From Bacteroidia bacterium (GTDB taxonomy: Bacteria > Bacteroidota > Bacteroidia > M30B66), in the NCBI GenBank assembly GCA_965279035.1, contig OZ257142.1:2368001-2432000 (forward strand): a DNA stretch of 64,000 bases. Reading direction: 5' to 3'. The position numbers and the translations under genes were made by a program. The notes beneath the pieces were generated by a model, which saw nothing but the letters and a program-made list of their open reading frames with translations, made no database searches and was not told the DNA's origin. Positions 9,428 to 19,674 of this stretch are shown here, piece after piece; position 1 is the first letter of the stretch; each line of letters starts with the position of its first letter.

Positions 9428-12400
9428 TTATCGTTTAATAATAGATCGACTACCCGTGATTTCAATTTTACGATCGTTACTCAAATTCAAGTGGTAAGCA
9501 CCAACAGGTAAGGCTGAAACATCTAGTCGAACAATATTATTTCCTATTTCCAATTTCACTTTTTGAGATAATAATATTTGACCACTAGTGCTAAACAATG
9601 TTAACTGGATATCCATTTCATCGGAAGATGTAATTTCTACATTAGCGTATTCGATGGCTGGATTTGGATAGATTTTTACTTCGTTCTTAACTTTCTTCTC
9701 ACAATTAACAAAAACGGGATCGAAGGTTTCGGAATCTCCATTGTAATCCACTTGTTTCAATCGGAAATAGCTTCCTCCAAAATAAGATGATTCAATGATT
9801 TCACCATAATTTTTATTCGAATTGCTATTTCCTGCGCCTGGAACTGTTTTTACAGTTTTCCAAAAGATAGCATCATCACTTTCTTCAATATTAAATTCTT
9901 TATTATTTGATTCAGATGCAGTTGACCACTTTAATGTGACTTGAGATCCGTCACATTTAGCATCAAAACTCACTAAAGTAATTGGCAAAACATTCGTAGC
10001 TCCACCTGCATATCCAAAATTTGAAAAACCACTAACACCACTTCTTCTTAACGTTGGAGTAGTCAAATCACCAATAGCACTTAAATGATTTCCCGGGCAA
10101 AACCAATTTCCTCCGTTCACACGTTTTACCATAGTTAATTGTGAAAGTGAATTTTGCAATGAGAGGAATCCCTCTCCAGTTAAGGAAATCGTATATTCTC
10201 CATCAATTAATGTATTGGCTAGATTATCAATTTTCCAATATCCATCACTTGAGAAATTTGTAACCTCAAATCCAGCACCTCCCGTGTTAGCAGCTCCAAT
10301 GAGAGTTTGCGTTCCAATTGAACCATTTATCATAGGTTCCGACATAAAACGAATTGTCAAATGCCCTGCAGTACTTGGAGCTACTGTATAATTAAGCAAT
10401 ACGTGTCGATTTTTCCAAGCATTATTAACGAATTGCCCCATTGGGAATAATCCACTTCCAGTACCAGAATTCGTTTGGGCTTTATACCAACGTTTCAAGA
10501 TTCCTGCAATGTAACCATTCGTATATTTAATAATACCCGGATGAGTTTCATCATATCCAATTTCAAGAATACTGGTTTGTGTATCGATATTTCCTCTAGC
10601 CATATCCAATGTATCTTTCACTTGAACATTATCTGTTAACAATACAGTTCCACTACTTTTATTAATATTCAAACTACTGAATACTGCTGTTCCTGTTCCT
10701 GCTACAGATATTGTTTGGTCTACAGATCCATTTAAGTGAAAGCTGCTTGTCCCAGGATCCATATTTCCATTCAAGGTGATGTTTCCTGTTACATTAATAT
10801 CATGAACACTTGATGCTAAATTAAATGTAGCTCCCGTTTGTATAGTTAAATTCTTTACAGAAATATCTGCATCCGCATTTAAAGATTTATTTCCACTTCC
10901 TGATATTGTCAAGATATTATACGACAAGGAACTAATACCTGAAAATAAGAGTTGATCGGCAGCTTTGTTATATATCACAGTACCGTTTCCAGAAGAGAAA
11001 ACCGCATCAGAGCTAAGTGTTAGTTGATTGCCAATGGTCAAACTTCCCGTTGAAGTCCAAATCAGAGATCCATTTAGAACAACATCCAAAGCTGTAATTG
11101 AACTTGCAGCAGCACCCAATGTTAATGTTGAAGATGGGCGCACTGTTATTTTGTTTAATGTTGAAGTAACTGCCGAATTACTAGTATTTGTATGTGCAAT
11201 TGTTGCATCCGATAAATTACTTGGGACTAATGAACCTAGCCATGTTGCTGCAGTATTCCAATCTCCATTGGCACTTGTAATATATCCAATGTAATTAAAA
11301 CCAGCAGTTCCATAGGCTCCAGTTGTAGGATTTGTAACAACTACATTACCAGTAGAATTAACGCCTTGATTATTTACTATAGCTGAAATTTGTCCAGAGT
11401 TGACATAAATTACTAATGTTGCAGCAACTCCATTATAACTAACTGTAGCATTGTTTGCGAAATTAGAACCATTAATCGTGATACGTTGTCCACGATAACC
11501 TGTATTTTCTGACTGTCCACTGATGAGTGGTATTGTTGGAACAACACTCGTTATGATAGGTGTTGTTAAAGTAACTATAGCTCCAGAAGGATTACTTTTT
11601 ACTGTACATCCATTGCTATTGGTTACAACACAATAATAGTATAGTGTTCCAACTATTGCAGTTGATGGAACATAGGTTGACGAATTAGCTGTAAACAAGA
11701 TTGAGCCTCCCGTATTGGACGATATAGTATTGCTATACCATTGATACGAGTCGATAGTGCCACTTCCTGCATTTGCAGTTACACTTAAAGTATTTGCAGT
11801 TGTATTTTGACTGTATGAACCAGCCGGTGTAATTTGAGAAACAATTGTAGGTAAAGCATTAATTGTTGCTATTACTGCCGTTCTGCCCGAAGCCGCACAA
11901 TTTGAAGTTGACGCATCTGCATAATAAGTAGTTGTAGTATTTAATGATGGGGTTGTATACGTATCGCTTGTCGCGAGAAGAGTTCCACCTGTTGCTGCTG
12001 TATACCATTTTACAACTCCCGTTGATGAACTAGCAGAAATCGTTAATGTTCCAGGTCCGCATCGTTCAGCAGGAGTTGTTTCAGCAATTATTGGTAAAGC
12101 TGTCATTGACACCTCCATCGAATTTGTTGAAATACAACCTGATTCAGTTATTGTTTCAGTTAAAGTATAGGTTGTTGTAGATGTAGGTGAAGCTATTGGA
12201 TTTGAAACCGTTGCATTGCTTAAATTACTCGATGGACTCCAGCTATAAGTATGACCAGCAATAGTAGTTTCGCCAATTGTAACTCCTCCTGATCCACAAA
12301 TAATTTTATCTACACCTGCATTATCTCCTGGAACAGGATTTACAGTAATTGGAACTGGAAAAGTTGGAACTGAACAACCATAAGAGTTTGTTGCTGTTAC

Positions 12401-15400
12401 AACATAGAAGCGACTTACATCCGGATGAAGGTTTACTGGATTTTGTTCTGTTGATGTAAACCCCGATGGTGAAGAAGCCCAACTATAACCATAGTTTGTT
12501 GATGCACCTGTAATTGATACATTGTCGATAGCCCAATAACGGTCGTTCGAAGCTTGATATACAAAACGAATGTAAAGAGACGGTTGTCCAATATATGAAT
12601 TCAAGTTAATCACAGAATTTACAAATCCAGTTAAAGATCCTTGTGTTGAAGTATAAGAAGCGATATCAGTCCAAGTAGTATTGTTTGTTGAGACTTGAAC
12701 TTTGGCTTCATCACCCGAAGCTCTGTAATTGAAATAATGGAAAAAGTCGAGACTCAATGAACTGAATCCAGTTGAATTCATCATTGGTGAACGCAGTATA
12801 GTATACGTTGTCCCACCAGAACCTTGAGCTTGACTATTTGATAGATAAAACTGAGTTTGATCATTTGAACGAAATGTACTACCGCTGTAAACAAAATTAT
12901 CTGCACGCAGGGTAAAAGCTGCTAAAGCTGGAGTTCCACCTGTAGAATTATTTGTAGCTGTCCAGTTAGAAAACGAACCATTGAATCGTTCTCTTAACAA
13001 TACTGTTTGATAGCTTGTAGCATTTGAATATAAATCAACTTCTTCTCCATTACAAATGATATCATCAGAAGAAGATGAAGTAAGCGATCCAGTGAAAATA
13101 TATGGATTGATATCAACAAAAAACGTATCCGATTTAGCTGCACATCCACCTGTAGCATTTAGTGAATTTACAACTGCATAATTACCTGGAGTAGAAGAAG
13201 AAACGTTTATTACTCCAGTGCTTGCACTTACGAAATTTAATCCAGATGAAGTTGTAAAAGTACCAGCTACTGCACCTGATTCAAATATTGGTGAAACATT
13301 AGCAGCATTTACACTTTGACATAAATCATTGGATACATAACTGAAATTTGGATTGGGAGCACCTGTGATTGTTATAGTATTTGTTGCTGTAACAACACTA
13401 CAAGAACCGGAAGGCGTAATGCGATTGGTAACTGTATATGTTCCAGGTGTACTTGCTGATAAATCAACTTGTCCAGTACTTGTACTAATGAACACTAGAC
13501 CTGTTGTTGAAGAGAATACTCCAGCTATTGCAGCTCCACTAAAAGTTGGAAGTGGATCTGTGCCACTACTACAAAATGGTGAACCTATATAACTGAATGT
13601 TGCAGAAGGTGTTGTTGTTATTGAAACGATAACAGGTTTGATATCAGAACAAGAACCATTTGTACTTTTTATATAATATGTTCCACTAGTAGCAACAGCT
13701 GCAGGATTTGAAATCGCTGTTGTTGCACCTGCATTTGTCCAATAGCTAAGTACACCAGAACCCGTACTTCCTGCAGTAACTGAGGCTGCTGTTAGGTTTA
13801 CAGTTCCCGAACACGCTGCTTGGTTAGTAATTGATAAAACCGGTGTTGTAGAAACATTCACTGTGATTGTTGTTGTCATTTCAACATTACAATCGGTTGT
13901 ATAACGTGTTGCTATAACATTGAACGTAGTGGTATTATTTAATATTCCTGTAGGAAGAAGGAGTGAAGAGCCATTTCCTTGAATTTCATCCCCAATATTT
14001 TCATCTGTTGCATTGTTTCTTAATTGATAATAAACACCAAGTTCTGAAGCTGCCAGTTGAATGTTTGTTGAAGTGCCAGAACAAACAGTTGAAGAAACTG
14101 CTGTAATTGTTTGATTCGTTGGTAAAGGAGAAACTACAACATTGCAACTTGATGACATTGAACATCCAAAACCATCAGTTAATGTAACAGTATAAGTTCC
14201 ATTATTTGTTGCACTAGCAGTTTGACTTACAACAGGATTTGGTAGTGATGAAGTAAATCCGTTCGGACCAGTCCATGAATAAATAAAAGGACTAGCTCCA
14301 CCAGTTGCATTCGAATTTAAAATTAAAGGGTTATTGACACAAACGCCTGAATTCCCATTCACCGTTGGAACTAATGAAAGTTGTGATGGAGAAAGTGTTC
14401 CAAATGAAACATCATCCATGGCAAAGTCATTTCCACCCAATATGGTATTTAAGTTCACGATGGAAAGATTGGCTATTGTGCTTGGTCCCGAATTCCATTG
14501 TCCATAAAAACGAACCCAGTTATATGGTCCATTTGCATTTGAATATCCGTTTGGAAGATTGGCTACTGTTCCTATTTGATTTCCATTAATTGAAAACTGT
14601 AAAATGGCATTATTACCATTTACAACAGACATTGCCCAAGCAGAGAAATAATACGTTGTATTTGGAAGAACAGTGATATTATTTTGGCTCCAAACCGTTG
14701 CTCCTAATAAAGGAGAACCATTAATTACCATAATATTCCCAGTTCCATAATAACGATCTTTCCCATTGAATGCTGTATGAACGTTATTGGCATTTGGCAA
14801 AATAGCATAGGTTCCTTCGGGATATAATTCGAGTTGACCTGCAATATCAGCGCGATAGGAATATGCTGTTGTAAATCCAGTATTTCCGGCTGAAAATGTA
14901 CCATTCGTAACTAATTCAGTTGCAACTGGAGAAAATGCCGTACCTGAACATCCTGCGAGATTCGTAACGGTTACAGTATACACACCTGCTTGGTCCACAT
15001 CAATAATTTGTGTTGATTCACCAGTGCTCCAAGAATAACTTGAATAACCTGCAGTTGCTGAGAGTACAACAAGTCCACCGTTTGAACAATAATTTGAAGA
15101 TACGCTAACTGTTGGATTCGCATTGATTGTTGCAGTTACAGCTGTTCTTGTTGAAGTACAAGATCCTGAAGTTGTAGCAACGTAATAAATAGTTGTTGCA
15201 GAAATAGAAGGAGTAGTATAACTAGTTCCAGTTCCTAATGAAACTCCACCAGTTGAAGCAGCATACCAGTTAATTGTTCCCGCACTTGCAACAGCCGATA
15301 ATATTACTGTTCCAGTACCGCAACGACTTCCTGGTGTAGTTGAACTGATAGTTGGAATTGTATTGATGGTTGCTATTACAGCAGTTCTTGTTGCAGAATT

Positions 15401-18400
15401 ACAACCAAGGTTAGATGCTTCAGCATAATACGTTGTTGTTGTTGCAATGGATGGTGTAGTGAATGAGTATCCTGTTCCTATTGATGAACCACCCGATGCT
15501 GCTGTAAACCAATTAATTGTTCCTGCAGAAGCTGTTGCTCCTAGAACGACAGTACCTGTACCGCAATTATTACCTGGAGTTGAAGTAGCTACAGTTGGTA
15601 AAGGATTTACCATTGCAATGACTGCTGTTCGCGTAGGTGAAGTACATCCTGTTGCTGTGGCATCCACATAATAAGTTGTTGTAGCTGAAATTGATGGAGT
15701 TGTATAATTAGCATTTGCAGCTAAAGATGATCCACCTGTTGAAGCAGCATACCAATTGACTGTTCCAGCTGATGCTACTGCAGAAAGACTTACTGTTCCT
15801 GTTGAACAACGAGTGCCTGGAGTAGTTGAAGTAATTGTTGGAATTGTATTTACTGTTGCAATGATTGCAGTTCTAGAACTACTGGTGCACGATCCATTTG
15901 TTGCATCTGCATAAAATGTAGTTGTTGAAGAAATTGAAGATGTTGTAAAAGAAGTTCCTGAAGCTAATGAACTACCACCAGTTGAGGCTGCATACCAATT
16001 TATAGTTCCTGTAGAAACAGCACTTAATAAAACAGTACCAGATCCACATCGACTTCCTGGAGTTGATGACGAAATGGTCGGAATAGCATTTATTGTTGCT
16101 ATAACAGCAGTTCGAGCGGCTGAAGCACAACCTGCATTTGAAGCTTCAGCATAATAAGTTGTAGTTGAAGCAATCGATGGAGTTGTAAATGAGTTTCCAG
16201 ATCCAATAGATGCTCCACCCGTTGAAGCTGCAAACCAATTGATTGTACCTGCAGAAGCTGTTGCACCAAGTACCACTGTTCCTGATCCACAATTACTTCC
16301 CGGCGTTGTTGTAGCTACCGTTGGTAAAGGATTTACTGTTGCAATAACTGCCGAACGTGTTGGTGTTGTACAACCTAAGTTAGTAGCATCCACATAATAC
16401 GTAGTGGAAGAAGCGATTGAAGGTGTTGTATAAGAAATTCCAGAACCAAGCGACGATCCACCACTAACTGCAGCGTACCAATTAATGGTTCCTGCAGAAG
16501 CCGTTGCTCCTAAAACGACAGTTCCTGTTGAACATCTACTAGCAGGTGTTGTCGCAGTAATTGTTGGATTGGCGTTAACAGTAGCGATAACCGCTGTTCG
16601 ACTAGCAGAAACACATGATCCAGAAGTTGCATCCACATAATACGTTGTAGTTGAAGCAATGGAAGGAGTTGTAAAAGATGTTCCCGTTCCGAGCGATGAT
16701 CCACCACTTGCAGCCGCATACCAATTGATTGTTCCGGCAGATGCTGTAGCTCCTAAAACGACAGTTCCAGTAGAACAACGTGACGCAGGAGTAGTAGCTG
16801 TAATGCTTGGAAGCGGATTAATAGTAGCAATGACTGCTGTTCGAGCGGCTGAAGAACAACCAGCATTGGATGCTTCAGCATAATAAGTTGTAGTTGAAGC
16901 GATGGATGGAGTTGTAAATGAGTTTCCTGAACCGATAGAAGCACCACCCGATGCAGCAGCAAACCAATTGATAGTTCCAGCAGAAGCAGTAGCACTAAGA
17001 ACGACTGTTCCTGTTCCACAATTACTTCCCGGTGTTGTTGAAGCAACCGTTGGTAATGTGTTTACAGTTGCAATAACAGCCGAACGTGTTGGTGTTGTAC
17101 AACCTAAATTAGTGGCATCCACATAATACGTTGTAGAAGAAGCGATTGAAGGTGTTGTAAATGAAGTTCCCGTTCCTAGAGAAGAACCACCACTTGCAGC
17201 AGCATACCAATTGATAGTTCCTGCAGAAGCCGTTGCGCCTAAAACGACTGTTCCTGTTGAACATCTACTAGCTGGTGTTGTTGCAGTAATTGTTGGATTG
17301 GCGTTAACAGTAGCGATAACCGCTGTTCGACTAGCAGAAACACATGATCCAGAAGTTGCATCCACATAATACGTTGTGGTTGAAGCGATGGAAGGAGTTG
17401 TAAACGATGTTCCTGTTCCGAGCGATGATCCACCACTTGCTGCTGCGTACCAATTGATTGTACCGACAGATGCTGTAGCACCTAAAACGACTGTTCCAGT
17501 TGAACAACGTGAAGCTGGTGTTGTAGATACAATACTTGGAGGCGGATTAATAGTAGCAATGACTGCTGTTCGTGCAGATGAAGCGCAACCAGCATTGGAT
17601 GCTTCGGCATAATAGGTTGTAGTTGAAGAAATAGAAGGAGTTGTGAATGAGTTGCCAGTTCCAAGTGAAGCACCACCTGTGGCGGCAGCATACCAGTTAA
17701 TAGTTCCAGTAGAAGCCGTAGCACCAAGAACAACTGTTCCAGTTCCGCAATTACTTCCCGGAGTTGTTGAAGAAACCGTTGGGTTTGAACTAATTGTAAC
17801 AGAAGTTGAAGTTGAATATTCGGGGCAATAACCTGAGGCCGCACGATAATATGTAGCGGTATAAGTTCCTATAGTGCTTGAAGATGGAGTTATCACACCA
17901 CTTCCATTCATAGCTAATCCCGACGGTGTTCCTAAAACCCAAGTAGAAGCTCCAGTTCCACCTGCTCCAGTTATTGTTGGTGAAACTGGACTTGAAGAAG
18001 AAGAACATAAGGCAGAAGGATAACTTATCGTTCCAGTTCCTTGAGCGTCAATTGTAACATTGGTTGTTGTTGAATAAGCTGCACAGCCACCAGATGCAGG
18101 AACTGTATAAGTTACTACATATGCTGTTGAACTTGCGGTACTTAAGGATGGAGTGATAGCACCAGAGGCGGAATTTATAGATAGCCCAGCTGTTGAACTA
18201 TAAGTACCTGCTCCAATTAAATTTGAAGTTGAAATTGCTTGTGGACTTGAAGTAGAATTACAAAAGCCTGCAGAAGCATATGAGAAATTCCCCGAAGGTT
18301 GGGGTGTGATAATTACTGTTGCAACATTGCTTGCAGATGAACAACCTAGTGTGTTTGTAACAACGCAGTAATAGTAAAATGTTCCAGGAGTTGAACCTGA

Positions 18401-19294
18401 AGGATAGTATGTAAGCCAATTTGATCCAACTATAAATGTACCTCCAGAATTTGATGCAGTTGTATTGCTATACCATTTGTAAGTTGATATGGCACCACTT
18501 CCAGCACTTGCCGCAATGGTTAAAGGTGAAGGAGTTGCATTTTGACAATAGGTTGCAGATGAAGTAGGTTGCGTTGAAAAAACTGGATTTGCCGAAACAA
18601 CTGTTCCATTGAACGTAAAATCATTAATGTTGAATGTTCTTGCGGCACTATTAGCTCCCCAGCAATACAATCGAAATGTAATTGCTGAAGTTAAGTTTTG
18701 ATAATTTGAGGCAGCTAAACTGATTGTTGTACCTGTTGCTGTTGCTGTCCCAATATTAGCAGCGTAGCTATCTAAATTAGATCTAAATGCATAATTGGCT
18801 GTACCTGATGATAATGCTGATGTATAAACAAAACTAACCAAGTTGATTTTGTAACAACTGGAGGGAGTTAAAGTAAATTCGTAATAATCATTTACATCCA
18901 AAGAGGCTGAATTCCAGCCAGAAGCACTATAGGTATTATTGGCATTTTGTCCTGTAATTCCCGAACCTCGTCCAATACCCGATACAGTGATGTTTGCATC
19001 AACTGTTTGCCCTGTTATATAGGGATTAGAAGTATTCGGATTAGTACCTGTAATTGGATTAGTAAATATGGATTGTCCAAATGTCCATCCCGAAAGAAAG
19101 AACATAAAAACAAGCAATAGTACTGCTTGGGAAATTGTTTTATATGAATCCCTAGAATGACGGGTGTTTTTCCATAGAAACGAATTCCTAATTTCAGAAA
19201 TACTTGGGTTCTTAAGATAATCCTTTGACTGAATTTTCGAATTCAGCAAAGTAAAAACAGAAGAAAAAATTACGGAAGGGTACAGTTTTCTCAT
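9428..19294 (-). CDS. Giant T9SS type-A cargo, putative adhesin (3288 aa): Ig-like repeats, jelly-roll/CBM-like, MAM/cleaved-adhesin-like, IPT/TIG and CTD domains
   Basis: Signal h-region AVLLLVFMFFLSGWTFG-Q; 81-aa Cys-paired Ig repeats (INWY..TPSI..YY); C-terminal LPITLVSF..W.TASE.NN..YFRLKQVD, then IYPNP..GAYHL CTD. Confidence 0.9.
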   Translation of the reverse strand: MRKLYPSVIFSSVFTLLNSKIQSKDYLKNPSISEIRNSFLWKNTRHSRDSYKTISQAVLLLVFMFFLSGWTFGQSIFTNPITGTNPNTSNPYITGQTVDANITVSGIGRGSGITGQNANNTYSASGWNSASLDVNDYYEFTLTPSSCYKINLVSFVYTSALSSGTANYAFRSNLDSYAANIGTATATGTTISLAASNYQNLTSAITFRLYCWGANSAARTFNINDFTFNGTVVSANPVFSTQPTSSATYCQNATPSPLTIAASAGSGAISTYKWYSNTTASNSGGTFIVGSNWLTYYPSGSTPGTFYYYCVVTNTLGCSSASNVATVIITPQPSGNFSYASAGFCNSTSSPQAISTSNLIGAGTYSSTAGLSINSASGAITPSLSTASSTAYVVTYTVPASGGCAAYSTTTNVTIDAQGTGTISYPSALCSSSSSPVSPTITGAGGTGASTWVLGTPSGLAMNGSGVITPSSSTIGTYTATYYRAASGYCPEYSTSTSVTISSNPTVSSTTPGSNCGTGTVVLGATASTGTINWYAAATGGASLGTGNSFTTPSISSTTTYYAEASNAGCASSARTAVIATINPPPSIVSTTPASRCSTGTVVLGATASVGTINWYAAASGGSSLGTGTSFTTPSIASTTTYYVDATSGSCVSASRTAVIATVNANPTITATTPASRCSTGTVVLGATASAGTINWYAAASGGSSLGTGTSFTTPSIASSTTYYVDATNLGCTTPTRSAVIATVNTLPTVASTTPGSNCGTGTVVLSATASAGTINWFAAASGGASIGSGNSFTTPSIASTTTYYAEASNAGCSSAARTAVIATINPLPSITATTPASRCSTGTVVLGATASAGTINWYAAASGGSSLGTGTSFTTPSIASTTTYYVDATSGSCVSASRTAVIATVNANPTITATTPASRCSTGTVVLGATASAGTINWYAAVSGGSSLGSGISYTTPSIASSTTYYVDATNLGCTTPTRSAVIATVNPLPTVATTTPGSNCGSGTVVLGATASAGTINWFAASTGGASIGSGNSFTTPSIASTTTYYAEASNAGCASAARTAVIATINAIPTISSSTPGSRCGSGTVLLSAVSTGTINWYAASTGGSSLASGTSFTTSSISSTTTFYADATNGSCTSSSRTAIIATVNTIPTITSTTPGTRCSTGTVSLSAVASAGTVNWYAASTGGSSLAANANYTTPSISATTTYYVDATATGCTSPTRTAVIAMVNPLPTVATSTPGNNCGTGTVVLGATASAGTINWFTAASGGSSIGTGYSFTTPSIATTTTYYAEASNLGCNSATRTAVIATINTIPTISSTTPGSRCGTGTVILSAVASAGTINWYAASTGGVSLGTGTSYTTPSISATTIYYVATTSGSCTSTRTAVTATINANPTVSVSSNYCSNGGLVVLSATAGYSSYSWSTGESTQIIDVDQAGVYTVTVTNLAGCSGTAFSPVATELVTNGTFSAGNTGFTTAYSYRADIAGQLELYPEGTYAILPNANNVHTAFNGKDRYYGTGNIMVINGSPLLGATVWSQNNITVLPNTTYYFSAWAMSVVNGNNAILQFSINGNQIGTVANLPNGYSNANGPYNWVRFYGQWNSGPSTIANLSIVNLNTILGGNDFAMDDVSFGTLSPSQLSLVPTVNGNSGVCVNNPLILNSNATGGASPFIYSWTGPNGFTSSLPNPVVSQTASATNNGTYTVTLTDGFGCSMSSSCNVVVSPLPTNQTITAVSSTVCSGTSTNIQLAASELGVYYQLRNNATDENIGDEIQGNGSSLLLPTGILNNTTTFNVIATRYTTDCNVEMTTTITVNVSTTPVLSITNQAACSGTVNLTAASVTAGSTGSGVLSYWTNAGATTAISNPAAVATSGTYYIKSTNGSCSDIKPVIVSITTTPSATFSYIGSPFCSSGTDPLPTFSGAAIAGVFSSTTGLVFISTSTGQVDLSASTPGTYTVTNRITPSGSCSVVTATNTITITGAPNPNFSYVSNDLCQSVNAANVSPIFESGAVAGTFTTSSGLNFVSASTGVINVSSSTPGNYAVVNSLNATGGCAAKSDTFFVDINPYIFTGSLTSSSSDDIICNGEEVDLYSNATSYQTVLLRERFNGSFSNWTATNNSTGGTPALAAFTLRADNFVYSGSTFRSNDQTQFYLSNSQAQGSGGTTYTILRSPMMNSTGFSSLSLDFFHYFNYRASGDEAKVQVSTNNTTWTDIASYTSTQGSLTGFVNSVINLNSYIGQPSLYIRFVYQASNDRYWAIDNVSITGASTNYGYSWASSPSGFTSTEQNPVNLHPDVSRFYVVTATNSYGCSVPTFPVPITVNPVPGDNAGVDKIICGSGGVTIGETTIAGHTYSWSPSSNLSNATVSNPIASPTSTTTYTLTETITESGCISTNSMEVSMTALPIIAETTPAERCGPGTLTISASSSTGVVKWYTAATGGTLLATSDTYTTPSLNTTTTYYADASTSNCAASGRTAVIATINALPTIVSQITPAGSYSQNTTANTLSVTANAGSGTIDSYQWYSNTISSNTGGSILFTANSSTYVPSTAIVGTLYYYCVVTNSNGCTVKSNPSGAIVTLTTPIITSVVPTIPLISGQSENTGYRGQRITINGSNFANNATVSYNGVAATLVIYVNSGQISAIVNNQGVNSTGNVVVTNPTTGAYGTAGFNYIGYITSANGDWNTAATWLGSLVPSNLSDATIAHTNTSNSAVTSTLNKITVRPSSTLTLGAAASSITALDVVLNGSLIWTSTGSLTIGNQLTLSSDAVFSSGNGTVIYNKAADQLLFSGISSLSYNILTISGSGNKSLNADADISVKNLTIQTGATFNLASSVHDINVTGNITLNGNMDPGTSSFHLNGSVDQTISVAGTGTAVFSSLNINKSSGTVLLTDNVQVKDTLDMARGNIDTQTSILEIGYDETHPGIIKYTNGYIAGILKRWYKAQTNSGTGSGLFPMGQFVNNAWKNRHVLLNYTVAPSTAGHLTIRFMSEPMINGSIGTQTLIGAANTGGAGFEVTNFSSDGYWKIDNLANTLIDGEYTISLTGEGFLSLQNSLSQLTMVKRVNGGNWFCPGNHLSAIGDLTTPTLRRSGVSGFSNFGYAGGATNVLPITLVSFDAKCDGSQVTLKWSTASESNNKEFNIEESDDAIFWKTVKTVPGAGNSNSNKNYGEIIESSYFGGSYFRLKQVDYNGDSETFDPVFVNCEKKVKNEVKIYPNPAIEYANVEITSSDEMDIQLTLFSTSGQILLSQKVKLEIGNNIVRLDVSALPVGAYHLNLSNDRKIEITGSRSIIKR
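15122..17790 (-). repeat. Array of 11 tandem 243-bp (81-aa) Ig-like repeats with a 729-bp higher-order period
   Basis: ccgaacgtgttggtgttgtacaacctaa occurs at 16351 and 17080 (729 apart). Translated units follow the order A-B-C-A-B-C-A-B-C-A-B. Confidence 0.92.
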
Positions 19295-19295
19295 A

Positions 19296-19328
19296 AGCGA
19301 GAAGGATCAGTTTGCCGCCTTCTACGCT
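19296..19328 (-). promoter_or_regulatory. GC-rich hairpin abutting the start codon of the 3288-aa gene
   Basis: Minus strand AGCG(T)AGAAGG-12 nt loop-CCTTCTCGCT, then T, then ATG. Confidence 0.5.
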
Positions 19329-19623
19329 CGTTATATTTCCATGTTACTCTTACTATTTGGTAAACAGCAATTCTCTATGGTAGTTTTAAGATGATTTTGT
19401 ATGAAAGAATATTAATACTTCATTTAATTGTTTGAAATATAATTATAAAATACATATAATCAATTCATTACAATTGCTTTTAAATATATTAAAATGAAAT
19501 TTCAACATGCAAGTTTTAAATGAAATTAGAACATAAAGTTTAATAGCCAAATGCACATTATTGCATTTTGAAGGCTACAAAAACAATCAAATTTCTAAAT
19601 AGATTATTCATGTCCATATCTTA

Positions 19624-19655
19624 AAGCCCCACTTCAACTAAATGAAATGGGGCTT
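19624..19655 (-). terminator. Probable terminator of the 3922-aa gene
   Basis: AAGCCCCAcTTCA-loop-TGAAaTGGGGCTT, about 20 nt past the stop codon. Confidence 0.7.
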
Positions 19656-19674
19656 ATAAAAGTTAAGGTTAGGC

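Noticed and set aside
19296-19328. c-di-GMP-I riboswitch (GGCAAAC in the hairpin loop)
   Set aside because: It lacks the following GAAA-capped stem and the GACGCAAAG/second-stem elements.
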